From the NCBI GenBank assembly GCA_016781485.1, contig JADDQH010000004.1, positions 629-64,628 of the forward strand: DNA of 64,000 bases, in the 5' to 3' direction. The DNA comes from Chloroflexota bacterium (GTDB lineage: Bacteria > Chloroflexota > Limnocylindria > Limnocylindrales > CSP1-4). The notes below the pieces were generated by a model that was not told the DNA's origin, did no database searches, and saw only the letters and a program-made list of their open reading frames with translations. The position numbers were made by a program, and so were the translations under genes. Positions 37,907 to 49,797 of this stretch are shown piece after piece; the first letter of the stretch is position 1, and each line of letters begins with the position of its first letter.

Positions 37907-39429
37907 TGCGCGGCGTCACCAAGGCGAACGAGACGGCGGCCGTCCCCGCCGTGCCGGGAATGCGGCGTCCCGCCCGGATCCCCTGGCCATCGCTGGCGAC
38001 GCTTGCGATCGAGCTTGCGCTCATCGCTGCATACATCGGCCTCGCCGCCCTGCCGAACCCCCGACAGCTGCGCGAAGTGTGGCTGATCACGGCGATCCTC
38101 GTGAGCGTCGCGCGGCCGGCCTCGGGCCTCGTCGTGCTGGCAGCGGTCGCTCCGTTCAACGAGCTCGTCCCGGTCCACCGACAGCTCGGAAGCAAAGCCG
38201 TGCTCGCCGCCGCTCTACTGCTCCGCGTCGCCATCGGACACATATCCCGAGTGGCGCGCGACCACCTCGGAAGCGAGCAGCGAGGCCTCGACCGCGCCGG
38301 CGCGCGCGGAGGGATGGACGGCCTCGTCGCCAGGGTGCGGGGCATGGACCTGCGGCGCGTCTCGGTCGCGTTGGCTATCGTGCTCCTGGTCGGTACAGCC
38401 GCGGGCGTCCTGAACTCGCTCCTCCGCTACGGCGGCGAGTTCGGAGGCCTCGCCTTCCGGTTGTGGCTCGAGGGGGCCGGCGCCGCATTCGCCGTGCTGC
38501 TCGTGGCGTACCACGTCAGTCGGCAGGGAGACGTTCGGCCACTCGCGGCCGCGATCGCCGGCGCGTCAGGGGCTGCAGTGCTCGGCCTGATCGACTTCGC
38601 CGACGCCCTCCCCCTCCGGGCCAGTCCGCTCGGACCGCTGCTCCGCCGCGCGGTGACGAAGGACCGCCTCGAAGGTGTCCTTTCGGCACCCAACGCGGTC
38701 GCGATGATCGTGCTCGTCCCCGCGATCGTCCTCCTCGCTGCCGCCCTCTGCCACCGTGGCGTCCGGTCGCGGATCACCGCAGGGCTCGCCTCCGCCGCCC
38801 TGTTCGCCGCCGTCGTCCTGACCTTCAGCCGCTCAGCACTCGTCGCGACCGCAGCCATGGCTGTCTCGTACCTGTGGCGCTTCAGTCGGCGACTGGCTAT
38901 CGCCGGTCTCATCGCGGCGATCGTCCTCGTGATCGTCTTCCTGCCACGCTACCTGGCTGCGCGAGCCGATCGACCACGGGAGGGTGCGGACCTGCTGACC
39001 CGTGGCGACCGGGGAAGGGTCAACGGCTGGTACGCAGCCACGCGGATGTGGTGGGACCAGCCGCTCACGGGGCACGGCTACCAGAGCTTCCGAGTCCTCC
39101 ACAAGCGATACGGGGCGAAGTTCATCCGCTCCCCCCACAACGAGTGGCTTCGCTTCTTCGCGGAGGAAGGAACCCTGGTCGGGCTAGCTGCCGTCGGGTT
39201 CCTCGGGTCGACGCTGGTGGCACTCTGGGTGTTGCCCGGCTGGCTCCCGCTCGGTGCCTTCGGTGCCCTCCTGGCCTTCTCGATCATGGCCTCTTTCAAC
39301 AACCCCTTCCTCTACGTGGAGGTGACCGTGCCGCTCTTCGTGGTCGTCGGAACGGCCCTCGCCCGGCCCCCGCCCGGCACCGGCGCAGACCCCCGACGTC
39401 TTCGCGCTCGCTCATCGCCCGGAGCGTGA
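37903..39429 (+). CDS. O-antigen ligase/polymerase-like (Wzy_C) membrane protein
   Basis: The start overlaps the rmd stop. Motifs VLTFSRSALVATAAMAVSYL and GHGYQSFRVLHKRYGAKFIRSPHNEWLRFFAEEGTLVGL. Confidence 0.7.
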
Positions 39430-39460
39430 CGAGAACCGTGGGGGCGTCACCCTCTGCTAG

Positions 39461-40816
<1,356 letters not shown>

Positions 40817-40838
40817 GGCGGCGTGGAGCGGTGATCGC

Positions 40839-40858
40839 GGGGGCGAACCCTCCCTTTT
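40839..40858 (+). terminator. Weak candidate intrinsic terminator after sqdB
   Basis: GGGGG-CGAA-CCCTC hairpin (5 bp including one G-U) followed by CCTTTTC, 23 nt after the stop. The short stem and short T-run keep confidence low. Confidence 0.25.
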
Positions 40859-41037
40859 CAGTCCCGATCGGATCCTTTCCGAGCGATGCGCCGGGCGGAT
40901 CTCAGCCGGTGGCGGTGGTCCAGAGAGCTGATAGAGGCGCGATAGGAGTGGACACAGCGCCGCAGACGGGGTGAAGGCGCAGAGCTCGGTATCATTCCCT
41001 GCCGCCGCGACCTCGTATCCTCTGAGTAGCCTCCCCG

Positions 41038-42438
41038 ATGATCCGACGCCACGCTACGACTCTCCGGCTCGCGCTCATGGGCGCGGACCTCCTCAGTGCG
41101 ATCGCACTGTTCATGGTGCTGTCCGTCCTCCGCGCCGGTGGCGAAGACTGGAGGCGGATCTGGCTCCGCGTCGATCTCGAGCCCCCCTGGGTCGTCGCGG
41201 TCGGGTACGGACTCGCATGGGTGCTCGTGCTGTGGCTTCGCGGCCTCTACCGCGTGCAGGCGCGCTGGTCCCTGCGCCGCGAGGCGTTCGACATCGCGTC
41301 CGGGGTTGCCGTGTTGGCCGTCGTGACGCTCGCCGCGCTGTTCATCGCGCGGCTCACCGACGTGAGCCGCCTGTTCCTGCTCATCCTGTTCCCCGCGCAG
41401 GCTGCCCTCACCCTGCTTTCGCGGGCCTTCTTGCGACGCCTGTTCGCCTACGTCCGCAGCCGAGGGCACAACGCGCGGTTCGTGCTCGTCGTCGGCACCG
41501 ACCCTGCGGCGCAGGATCTTGCGGACCGGATGGAGGGACACGTCGACCTCGGACTTCGGGTCATCGGCCACCTCGCAGCGTCGGGAGCGCCCGGGACGGG
41601 AGTCAAGCGTCCCGTGCTTGGCACGATCGAAGAGATCGAGGAGATCCTCCACAGCCGCGTCGTGGACGAGGTCGCGATCTGTCTGCCCGTTCAGTCCTGG
41701 GACATCATCGAGAACATCGCCAGGCTGTGTGAAGACGAGGGGAAGATCGTCCGGATCCCGGTCCCCACGCTGGCCGGGGGCTATGTCGAGGAGTTCGACG
41801 GACTCTCGATCCTCTCGCTCGCGTACGGCCCGGACCGTGCGGTCGGCCTGGCGCTCAAGCGCGTCCTCGACCTGACCGTCTCGGTCGCAGCGCTCGTCGT
41901 GCTGAGCCCGCTGCTTGCGGCCATCTCGGCCTGGATCCTGGTCCGGGACGGCCGGCCGATCCTCTTCAAGCAGGTCCGTGTCGGCCTGCATGGTCGCCCC
42001 TTCACGCTTCTCAAGTTCCGGACGATGGTTCCTGACGCCGAGCAGCGGCTGACGGAGCTGCAGGCGTTGAATGAGGTGAATGGCCGCGCCTTCAAGCTCA
42101 CCCACGATCCGAGGGTGACGCGGACCGGACGGGTCCTGCGCGCCTCGAGCCTCGACGAACTCCCCCAGCTGTGGAACGTCCTCCTGGGCGAGATGAGCCT
42201 CGTCGGCCCACGGCCTCCGCTGCCGCACGAGGTCGCCGCCTACGACATCTGGCACCGACGCAGGCTGTCGATGAAGCCCGGGATCACGGGCCTGTGGCAG
42301 GTCAAGGCGCGTCGCGAACAGGAGTTCGATCGGTGGGTCGAGATCGACCTCGACTACATCGACCGGTGGTCGCTGTGGCTCGACCTCCAGATCATGCTCC
42401 GCACGATCCCGGTGATGCTGGCACAGCAGGGCCGCTGA
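41038..42438 (+). CDS. Polyprenyl-phosphate glycosyl-1-phosphate transferase, large PGT (WbaP/CpsE/EpsL-like initiating enzyme)
   Basis: Four N-terminal TM segments. C-terminal bacterial sugar-transferase domain: KRVLDLTVSVAALVVLSPLLAAISAWILVRDGRPILFKQVRVGLHGRPFTLLKFRTM ... DELPQLWNVLLGEMSLVGPRP. Confidence 0.85.
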   Translation: MIRRHATTLRLALMGADLLSAIALFMVLSVLRAGGEDWRRIWLRVDLEPPWVVAVGYGLAWVLVLWLRGLYRVQARWSLRREAFDIASGVAVLAVVTLAALFIARLTDVSRLFLLILFPAQAALTLLSRAFLRRLFAYVRSRGHNARFVLVVGTDPAAQDLADRMEGHVDLGLRVIGHLAASGAPGTGVKRPVLGTIEEIEEILHSRVVDEVAICLPVQSWDIIENIARLCEDEGKIVRIPVPTLAGGYVEEFDGLSILSLAYGPDRAVGLALKRVLDLTVSVAALVVLSPLLAAISAWILVRDGRPILFKQVRVGLHGRPFTLLKFRTMVPDAEQRLTELQALNEVNGRAFKLTHDPRVTRTGRVLRASSLDELPQLWNVLLGEMSLVGPRPPLPHEVAAYDIWHRRRLSMKPGITGLWQVKARREQEFDRWVEIDLDYIDRWSLWLDLQIMLRTIPVMLAQQGR

Positions 42439-42486
42439 CCCGCTGCTTCCACCGGCCCTCACCGCCCCACCCATACTGTCGTCCCG

Positions 42487-43479
42487 ATGCGACGCTGGTA
42501 CGTCTGGGTCCCGATCTCCGTACTCCTGCTCGGCTTCGTCATCGCCAGGACGCGGCCGTGGGAGATGGCGGCGCTCGGTGATCGCCTCCAGGTCACGCCG
42601 CTCGTCTTCGCGCTGCTCCTCAACCTGCTCGTCGTGGTGCTCTGGGCCGTGCGGTCGCTGCTGCTGATGGCAGGGGTCGGTCATCCGGTGTCGTTCCTCC
42701 AGCTCGTGCCCGTCGTGTCGTTCGCGAACACCATCAACAACGTGACGCCCGCCAGTTCAGGCGAGGTCCTGCGCGCGATCGTGCTCAAGGATCGCCACGC
42801 CGTCCCGTACTCGCGCTCGGCCGCCGTGATCGTCCTCGAGCGGTTCTGGGCGCTCGGGGTGATGGCGGTGACCGCGCTCGCGGCGGCGGCCGTCGTGTTC
42901 CTGGATCCCGCGCCGCCCGGCGCCATCCTCGCCTGGGGCGCCGCACTTGCTGCCATGCACGTCCCGCCGGCCGCGTACCGTCTGGGGCTTCGCCCGGGTC
43001 GTCTCCTCAGGCGCTTCGAGGCGGCGCCACCGGAAGACGGGCGGGCGCTGATCGGACGAACGGTCGGTGGGCTCGTCGAACTGGACTCGACGCTGGCTGG
43101 GCTGCTCCGCGACCCGCGCCAGACCGCGGGCTTCCTCGCCACGACGGCCGCGATCTTCGTCTGCTACGCACTCCAGCTCGTGCTCGTGGTATCGGCGCTG
43201 GGCGACTCGATCCCGCTGCAGGCCGCGTGGGCGGCGCTGGGTCTCGGGATCCTCGCCGGCGTCTTCAGCGCGCTGCCGTTTGGCCTCGGCGCGACAGATG
43301 TCGTGGTCGCGGTCCTCCTCGAGCGCGCGGGCCTCGCGGCACCCGAGGCGGGGGCAGCGATCCTGCTGCTGCGCGCGGTCACGACACTGCCGCTCGGCGT
43401 CGCCGGGAGCGTTTCCTGGGCCTTCCTCGCTGGCACTCGAGCGCTCCCGTCGTCAGCCTCCCAGAACGAGAGCCCGTGA
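42487..43479 (+). CDS. Flippase-like membrane protein (lysyl-PG synthase TM-region/UPF0104 family), second copy
   Basis: Polytopic. Motif FANTINNVTPASSGEVLRAIVLKDRH. Same family as 22654-23682. Confidence 0.55.
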   Translation: MRRWYVWVPISVLLLGFVIARTRPWEMAALGDRLQVTPLVFALLLNLLVVVLWAVRSLLLMAGVGHPVSFLQLVPVVSFANTINNVTPASSGEVLRAIVLKDRHAVPYSRSAAVIVLERFWALGVMAVTALAAAAVVFLDPAPPGAILAWGAALAAMHVPPAAYRLGLRPGRLLRRFEAAPPEDGRALIGRTVGGLVELDSTLAGLLRDPRQTAGFLATTAAIFVCYALQLVLVVSALGDSIPLQAAWAALGLGILAGVFSALPFGLGATDVVVAVLLERAGLAAPEAGAAILLLRAVTTLPLGVAGSVSWAFLAGTRALPSSASQNESP

Positions 43480-43482
43480 CGA

Positions 43483-44889
43483 CTAGGGCCGTTGCGCTCC
43501 GCTTCGGGAGTAGCGACTGTCCTCTCCGAAGACCTCGACCGACAGCTTCCTGATCCGCTTCATATCCAGCTCCAGTGTCCATAGCCCGCCCGTCTTCTCG
43601 AGAGGCGGATGGACCGAGTACGGCGGGGCCAGGACGTACCTCGCGGTCCTCTCGTCGCTCACCTGCTGCGCGAGCTGGAGCATCGCGGGGAGCTGTTCGG
43701 CGGGGAAATCGGTCTTCACAGTGCGTGCCGCCGCATCCAGGACCTGCGGCAGTCGCGGCAGCATCGCCGGGTCCGTCAGCTTCTCGCGCAGGGCCAGGAG
43801 CACTTCCTGCTGTCGCGAGGCCCGCGTGAAGTCGCTGTCACCCCGACCCTTCCTCGACCGGACGTAGGCAAGGGCCGTCTCTCCGTCCAGATGGTGGCGG
43901 CCGGCGGGGAGCCGGAAGCCGATCCTCCCATCGTCGAAGCCGTATTCGGGATCGTCGATCTCCCGGTCGTTGACGACGTCGACCCCGCCGACGAGGTCGA
44001 TCATCCGCTCGAATCCGTCCAGGTTGATCGCGGCGTAATGGTGGATCCGGATCCCCAGCAGATGGCCGAGCTCGCGCTGGAGGGCAGCCATGGGACCCTC
44101 CGGGTACTCCTCTTCGTTCCTCGCCACGTAGCTGTAGAACGTGTTGATCTTGTCCCTGTAGATATCCCCGTTGCTGAGCCTGAAGCGGGCGATGTCGCGC
44201 GGGAAGCTGATCATCGCTGCCTTGTTCGTCCTCGGATCGAAGCTCACGACCATGAGCGTGTCTGTCAGGTGATGGTTGCCCCGGTGTTTCGACGCGTCGA
44301 GCCCCGTCAGCACGAAGTTGATGCGGTCCTTCGCGATGTCGATCGGCGGCTCCGGCGTCGCCTCGGGCTGGTCCGTCGGCTGCACCACGCCCGACGCGCG
44401 CGGCTCCCCTGCGGGCTTCGCCCTGGGTCGGGAGCCGACGGGAGGACGGGAGGGAGGCACGAAGATCCGTGCCCCCGCGTCATAGAACGACCAGGCGCCG
44501 TACGCCACGGTGCCGTGCGTCGCGACGACGACGAGCGCCAGGACGAGGAACACCGGCGGCAGCCGCCGCCGGGACGGAACCGGGATCCCTCGCCGCGGCA
44601 GTAGGGCGTCGACCATCGATAGCAGCCGCCAGATCGCGGCGAGGATGGCAACGACCAGGACCGTCACGGCGACGGAGGGAACGAACAGACGGGCGATGAA
44701 TACGGTCGGGCTCGAGAGGAGCTCGACCACGAGGTAGAGCACGATCGCAACGATCGGCAGCGCGAACACGAGCGCAGCGACACGCCGGCCGAGATACAGC
44801 TGGCCAAGGCCCGGCCACAGGAACGAAAGGAACGCGGCGATCGACGGCGAGCGCCGGGGATCGCCACGTAGCTGCAAGCGGGGGTCCAC
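43483..44889 (-). CDS. LytR-CpsA-Psr (LCP) family glycopolymer-to-peptidoglycan ligase
   Basis: Motifs INFVLTGLDASKHRGNHHLTDTLMVVSFDPRTNKAAMISFPRDI ... ALAYVRSRKGRGDSDFTRASRQQEVL. N-terminal TM region. Start taken at GTG 44889; the track start at 45348 would overlap the divergent epimerase gene. Confidence 0.8.
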   Translation of the reverse strand: MDPRLQLRGDPRRSPSIAAFLSFLWPGLGQLYLGRRVAALVFALPIVAIVLYLVVELLSSPTVFIARLFVPSVAVTVLVVAILAAIWRLLSMVDALLPRRGIPVPSRRRLPPVFLVLALVVVATHGTVAYGAWSFYDAGARIFVPPSRPPVGSRPRAKPAGEPRASGVVQPTDQPEATPEPPIDIAKDRINFVLTGLDASKHRGNHHLTDTLMVVSFDPRTNKAAMISFPRDIARFRLSNGDIYRDKINTFYSYVARNEEEYPEGPMAALQRELGHLLGIRIHHYAAINLDGFERMIDLVGGVDVVNDREIDDPEYGFDDGRIGFRLPAGRHHLDGETALAYVRSRKGRGDSDFTRASRQQEVLLALREKLTDPAMLPRLPQVLDAAARTVKTDFPAEQLPAMLQLAQQVSDERTARYVLAPPYSVHPPLEKTGGLWTLELDMKRIRKLSVEVFGEDSRYSRSGAQRP

Positions 44890-45080
44890 CTCGCGCCCGA
44901 GTCTAGCATCGGCGCCTCCGATCGCCCTTGCCGCTACTGCCGCCGTTGGGCCCGCTTCCGGCGGTGTTACACTCCCGCCGCCCCCGCACGGGAGAGGTCG
45001 CCCGGTCGGCGCGGGAGCGGGTTCGCGACCGCTGCCGCCGCCGGATCCCAGCCACGCCCGAGGGCTCCAGGAGGATCGGT

Positions 45081-46082
45081 ATGCCTGCACGTGAGCGCGC
45101 GCGGCCGCGCCGGTACCTGGTGACCGGCGGCGCGGGTTTCGTCGGGGCGTCCCTGGTCCGGGCGCTCGAGACGCGAGGCGATCAGGTACGTGTGCTCGAC
45201 TGGGGACAGACCGCGCGCGACGTGTATCTGCAAGGGACGGCAGCCGAGCGTGTCGAGGCCGACCTGAGCGACCCGGAAGTAGCGCCGGCGGCGGTCCAGG
45301 ACATGGACGGCGTGATCCACCTTGCCGCTCGGACGAGCGTCCCGGCATCGATCGCGGCGCCGCTCGCTGACCTTCAGCACAACGTCGTGGCCAGCGTCCA
45401 CCTCCTCGACGCAGCGCGTGACGCGGGTGTCGAGCGCTTCCTGTTCGCGTCCTCCAACGCGGCCGTCGGCCTCATGGATCCGCCGGCGCGCGAAGACGCA
45501 CACCCGCGCCCCGTCGCTCCCTACGGTGCCGCGAAGCTCGCCGTCGAGGCGTACCTCCATGCCTACCACCAGAGCTACGGGCTGGTCACGACCGGGCTGC
45601 GCTTCTCGAACGCGTACGGTCCCTACGCGCTGCACAAGATCAGCGTGGTCGCCGCGTTCCTCAAGGCTTACCTCGCCGGGCGTCCGCTCACGCTGTACGG
45701 GGACGGCAGCCAGACACGGGACTTCGTTCACGTCGACGACCTCGTCGCGCTCGTGCTGCTCGCGTTGGATGCTCCCGCGGAGGCAGTGGCGGGTGAGATC
45801 TTCCAAGCGGGCACGGGGCGCGAGACCTCGGTCGGGGAGCTCGCGCGGACGTTGCTCGAGGTCGGGGACCGGCCGGGACGGATCGAGCACCTCCCACCGC
45901 GGCACGGCGATGTCGCCAGGAATTTCAGTGACATCGGCAAGGCGCAGAGTGTCCTTGGCTACCGCCCCGCCGTCGAGCTCCGTGACGGCCTCGCTCGGAC
46001 GGTCCGCTGGTTCGAGTCAGCTCTTGCCGACCCCGACCTCGCCCCCCTCGCGGCGACCCCGAGCGCTTCCGGCTCCGACTAG
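45081..46082 (+). CDS. NAD-dependent nucleotide-sugar epimerase/dehydratase (GalE-like SDR)
   Basis: ATG 45081 with AGGAGGA 5 nt upstream. Motifs RYLVTGGAGFVGASLVRAL and PYGAAKLAVE (Y-x3-K). Confidence 0.8.
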   Translation: MPARERARPRRYLVTGGAGFVGASLVRALETRGDQVRVLDWGQTARDVYLQGTAAERVEADLSDPEVAPAAVQDMDGVIHLAARTSVPASIAAPLADLQHNVVASVHLLDAARDAGVERFLFASSNAAVGLMDPPAREDAHPRPVAPYGAAKLAVEAYLHAYHQSYGLVTTGLRFSNAYGPYALHKISVVAAFLKAYLAGRPLTLYGDGSQTRDFVHVDDLVALVLLALDAPAEAVAGEIFQAGTGRETSVGELARTLLEVGDRPGRIEHLPPRHGDVARNFSDIGKAQSVLGYRPAVELRDGLARTVRWFESALADPDLAPLAATPSASGSD

Positions 46083-46089
46083 GACATCC

Positions 46090-47490
46090 TTGGACGCGGG
46101 TCGCGGACTCTCCGGCCGCTCTCCCGACGGCGTCAGTCGCGACGCCGCGTACACGGTCCTCACTCGACTCGCGCTCGCCGGGCTCATCCTCGCCACAGAC
46201 GTCGTCCTGGCACGGGTGCTCGGGCCGGCTCCGAAGGGAAGCTTCGCCCTGATCCTCCTGTTCTCACAGCTCGGCGCGCTCGTGCTCGGCCTCGGCATGG
46301 ACAAGGCCCTAGGGGTCATCGCCGGGCGGTCGCGGGAGGACGCTCGCCGCGGCTTCGCGAATGCCCTCCTGTGGACGCTGCTCGCGGGTGGCTTCGGCGT
46401 CGTCGCGGTGCTCGCGCTCTATCACGGGGCGAACGGTCCTGCCGCCGCGGACCCGGCGGGTCCCCTCGCCGCCCTCCTGCCGAACGTGTCGGGAAACCAG
46501 TTCCTGTTCGGCGCACTCGCGCTTCCGGCCGAGATGTTCTTCGCGATCGGACTGCTGGGGCTCCTCGGTCGGCGTCGAGTCGGCGCCTACAACACGATCC
46601 GCCTCCTGCGCCGGGCCGTGCTTCTGCTCCTCTTCGTCGCCGTGGCCGCCGTCGCACGCCTGAGCCTCGACGCGGCGCTGCTCATCAACCTGCTCTCGCT
46701 CGGCGTGGCCGCGCTCGCGGTCCTGGTGGTCGCTTCTCGCGAACAGGTCCTGGCGGTCGAGCCGAACGCGGTGCTCCTCGGGGAGCAGGTCCGCTTCGGC
46801 CTCCGCTCCGTGTTCGGCACGCTTGCGGAGCGGCTGCAGTTCCGTGCTGATGCGTTCCTCGTGAACCTCCTGCTCGGGCTCACCGCCACCGGTGTCTACT
46901 CGGTCGCGGCCGGCCTCGCCGAGACGCTCTGGTACGTCCCGAATGCGTTGGGGGTCGTGATGTTCAGCCGCGCGGTGTCTCGAGGCTCGGACGCCGCAGG
47001 CGTCGCGAGCGCACTCACCCGCTCCACCCTTGCCCTGGCGGTCGTCCTGTCGGTGCCAGTCGCCCTGCTCGCCCCGTTCCTCGTCGAGACCGTCTACGGA
47101 AGCGAGTTCATCGCCGCCGCGTTCGCGCTCCAGGCGCTGCTGCCGGGGGTCGTCGCCTACAGTGTCGTCGCGATCCTTTCGCAGTACGTCGTCGGACGGG
47201 GATCACCGGGCGCCTATACCGTCGTGCTTCTCCTGGGGCTCGCGACCAACCTCGCGGCGAACCTCGTCCTCATCCCCGCCCTCGGCATCATCGGTGCCGC
47301 CGTCGCCTCGTCGCTCAGCTACGGGCTCACCGCGCTCCTGACCGTCGCGATCTTCCGGCGCATCTCCGGGCAGGGGCTGCGAGAGACGCTCCTCCTCACA
47401 CGCGCCGACCTGGCCGCCGGCGCCGCAGCTGTGGTCGCCGTTCGCGCGAGGCTCCTGCGCACGCGCCCGACGTCCGCGACATCCCTGTGA
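46090..47490 (+). CDS. MOP-superfamily polysaccharide flippase (Wzx-like), second copy
   Basis: Polytopic ~466 aa in the same frame as the upstream shadow ORF. The only in-frame start candidate after the epimerase stop is TTG 46090, so the start is uncertain. Confidence 0.6.
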   Translation: MDAGRGLSGRSPDGVSRDAAYTVLTRLALAGLILATDVVLARVLGPAPKGSFALILLFSQLGALVLGLGMDKALGVIAGRSREDARRGFANALLWTLLAGGFGVVAVLALYHGANGPAAADPAGPLAALLPNVSGNQFLFGALALPAEMFFAIGLLGLLGRRRVGAYNTIRLLRRAVLLLLFVAVAAVARLSLDAALLINLLSLGVAALAVLVVASREQVLAVEPNAVLLGEQVRFGLRSVFGTLAERLQFRADAFLVNLLLGLTATGVYSVAAGLAETLWYVPNALGVVMFSRAVSRGSDAAGVASALTRSTLALAVVLSVPVALLAPFLVETVYGSEFIAAAFALQALLPGVVAYSVVAILSQYVVGRGSPGAYTVVLLLGLATNLAANLVLIPALGIIGAAVASSLSYGLTALLTVAIFRRISGQGLRETLLLTRADLAAGAAAVVAVRARLLRTRPTSATSL

Positions 47491-47497
47491 GTAGGGC

Positions 47498-48745
47498 GTG
47501 AGCACCGGTGGCCGGGTCCGACTCGCGGTCCTCGACGACAACCCCTTCCTGCGCACACCCGAGGGCACCGTCCACCCGGCGGCTGCCACATTCCACCGGT
47601 TCGCCGAGGCGGTGGTCCGGGCCGGCCCGTTCGGACAGGCGCGGTACCTGATCCCGGTCCGCCAGCTCCGCTCCGGTGAGCCCGCGCCCGGACTCGGGCC
47701 CGTCGACCAGACGGTGCTGCGCATCGAGGCGACCACGCCCTACGCCGGCGCGGCCGATTACCTTCGCCGCGCCCCCTCGCTCACGAGAGCGAACTGGCCC
47801 GTCCTCCGGCGCGCGATCGCCCGGTCGGACCTGATCTGGATCAAGACACCGGCGTCGAACGCGCTCCTCGCGGCGATCGCCGCGCGGGTCGCCGGCGCCC
47901 GCCGGTTCGCCTACGTCGCGGGGAGCAGCAGAGAGGTCGTCTCGTCGCAGAACCGAAGGGGGCTCGAGCGAATGGCGGCGACAGGGGCGGCGGGACTGTA
48001 CGACGCCGTCACCACCGTCCTGACCCGGACCGGTCCCGCCGTTCACCTCGATGCCGAGCTGTTCACGAGCGTCGTCGAGCGACGGGACCTCGACGCCACC
48101 CCTGCCGAACCGCCTGCGCGCCAGGGTCGACCCTGGCGCGTCGTGTGGGCGGGCAGGATGGCCGGCGAGAAGGGACTGCCCGAACTGGTCGAGGCGGTCG
48201 AGCTGCTCGCCCGCGAGCGGCCCGTCGAGCTGCTGCTGATCGGTGACGGTCCGGCCCGCGCTCTCGTGGACGAGGAGGTGGCGCGGCGCGGACTGGACGG
48301 GCGGGTCCGGTTCCTGGGGTATCTCGGGGACCGGACCCGCTACTTCCAGGCGCTGCGCGAGGGCGACCTGTTCGTGCTCCCGTCGGCGGCGGAGGGAGTC
48401 CCGAAGGTCGTCGTGGAGGCGATGGCAGCCGGTGTGCCAGTCGTCGCGCGTTCCGTGGGACGGACCGCGGACGTGCTCGGCCGCGGCGAGCGCGGGGTCC
48501 TGGTGCAAGAGCCCGGGGCGCGTCCCCTCGCGCAGGCGATGGCCCGGCTACTCGCGGACGAGGGCGAACGGCGAGCGCTCCGGCGCGCCGCGCTGGCCTG
48601 GGCGGCCGGGCGTACCGCGGAGGCGCAGGCGCGACGACTCGTGGCGTGGATGACGGCGGCCTTCCCCGAGCTTCCGTGGCCGGATGAGTCCCGGTCAGGG
48701 GAGGAAGGTGCGCAGAACGCGAGGCCCGCGAGCTCGAGTCGCTAG
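47498..48745 (+). CDS. Glycosyltransferase family 4 (GT-B)
   Basis: Motifs WAGRMAGEKGLPELVEAV ... GDLFVLPSAAEGVPKVVVEAMAAGVPVVARSVG. Confidence 0.75.
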   Translation: MSTGGRVRLAVLDDNPFLRTPEGTVHPAAATFHRFAEAVVRAGPFGQARYLIPVRQLRSGEPAPGLGPVDQTVLRIEATTPYAGAADYLRRAPSLTRANWPVLRRAIARSDLIWIKTPASNALLAAIAARVAGARRFAYVAGSSREVVSSQNRRGLERMAATGAAGLYDAVTTVLTRTGPAVHLDAELFTSVVERRDLDATPAEPPARQGRPWRVVWAGRMAGEKGLPELVEAVELLARERPVELLLIGDGPARALVDEEVARRGLDGRVRFLGYLGDRTRYFQALREGDLFVLPSAAEGVPKVVVEAMAAGVPVVARSVGRTADVLGRGERGVLVQEPGARPLAQAMARLLADEGERRALRRAALAWAAGRTAEAQARRLVAWMTAAFPELPWPDESRSGEEGAQNARPASSSR

Positions 48746-49797
48746 CGAAGCCAGCTGCGCATGACCACGCGCAGGAAGCCCAGCCCGTAGCGGAGGGTCG
48801 AGCCCTTCTTCGTCTGCCCGGCGGCCCGACGACGGATGTTGACGGGCTCCTCGCGGATCCGGAGACCGGCACGAGCGGCTCCCAGCAGCAACTCGGGGTT
48901 ATGGAACTGATCCTCGGTGAATACGATCTCAGCGAGCCGCGACGCCCGGATCGCCCTGTAGCCGTTCGCGACGTCGCTGATCGTCGTCGCACCGAGCAGG
49001 TTCATGAGGAACGTGAAGACACCGATCCCTGCGTGCCTCGCGAAGCCCGCCGTCCCCTCCTCTCGCTCGTAGCTTCCTCGGCGCCGTGACCCCACCACGA
49101 AGTCGGCGCGGCCGGCCACGATCGGCTCGACGAGCCGCGCCATCTCCGCGGGGTCGTGCTGCCCATCCGCGTCCAGCGTCACGACGACATCGACGCCGAG
49201 CCGCTCGGCGACGAGGTAGCCCGTCTGGAGCGCCGCTCCCTGACCGCTGTTCACCGGGTGTGCGACCACTCGCGCGCCGTGTGCTCGCGCCACCTCCCGA
49301 GTGCCGTCCGAGGACCCATCGTCGATGACCAGGACATGCGTCGCGAGCCCCGCGACCGCAGGCGGGATCTCGCGCAGCACCCGCGGCAGCGCCTCGGCCT
49401 CGTTGTACGCGGGGATGCAGACAAGGATGCCGCCGAGGCCGTCTCCCGCGCGCTCGTGCTCGATCTGCGCGGCGGAGAGCGCCCTGATCAGCCTCCGGAC
49501 CCGCTGGGTCGTCCGCTCGACTTTCGCGAGGGCGTAGAACGTCAGCAGGTAGCCCACGGCGACCGCGACGACGAGCACCGTCAGGATCCTGCCGACCGGC
49601 GCGTCGCCGAGGCCGAAGAAGTCCTGGATGGGGACGACCAGATCCGGTAGCACCGCGACGGCGAACAGCGCGATCGCGGTCAGTCCCAGAAGGATGACGA
49701 GCGTCCGACTGCGCCCACGGCGACCGAGGAAGAGCGCCACGGTGATCAGGACGACCGCGAGCACCAGGCCGCCGAGTCGAAGCGGGCTCACGATCAC
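48742..49797 (-). CDS. Membrane-anchored GT2 polyprenyl-phosphate glycosyltransferase
   Basis: Three N-terminal TM segments. GT2 core ILVCIPAYNEAEALPRVL ... VLVIDDGSSDGT ... VVTLDADGQHD. The ATG overlaps the stop of the upstream giant GT-C gene (ATGA). Confidence 0.8.
   Translation of the reverse strand: MIVSPLRLGGLVLAVVLITVALFLGRRGRSRTLVILLGLTAIALFAVAVLPDLVVPIQDFFGLGDAPVGRILTVLVVAVAVGYLLTFYALAKVERTTQRVRRLIRALSAAQIEHERAGDGLGGILVCIPAYNEAEALPRVLREIPPAVAGLATHVLVIDDGSSDGTREVARAHGARVVAHPVNSGQGAALQTGYLVAERLGVDVVVTLDADGQHDPAEMARLVEPIVAGRADFVVGSRRRGSYEREEGTAGFARHAGIGVFTFLMNLLGATTISDVANGYRAIRASRLAEIVFTEDQFHNPELLLGAARAGLRIREEPVNIRRRAAGQTKKGSTLRYGLGFLRVVMRSWLR

Noticed and set aside
48742-48745. Convergent genes whose stop codons overlap in the palindrome CTAG (GT4 on the plus strand ending at 48745, GT2 on the minus strand ending at 48742). 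Also only 3 nt lie between the convergent genes at 43479 and 43483.
   Set aside because: This is real in the sequence, but it is a trivial consequence of compact gene packing. No regulatory meaning can be supported without transcript data.
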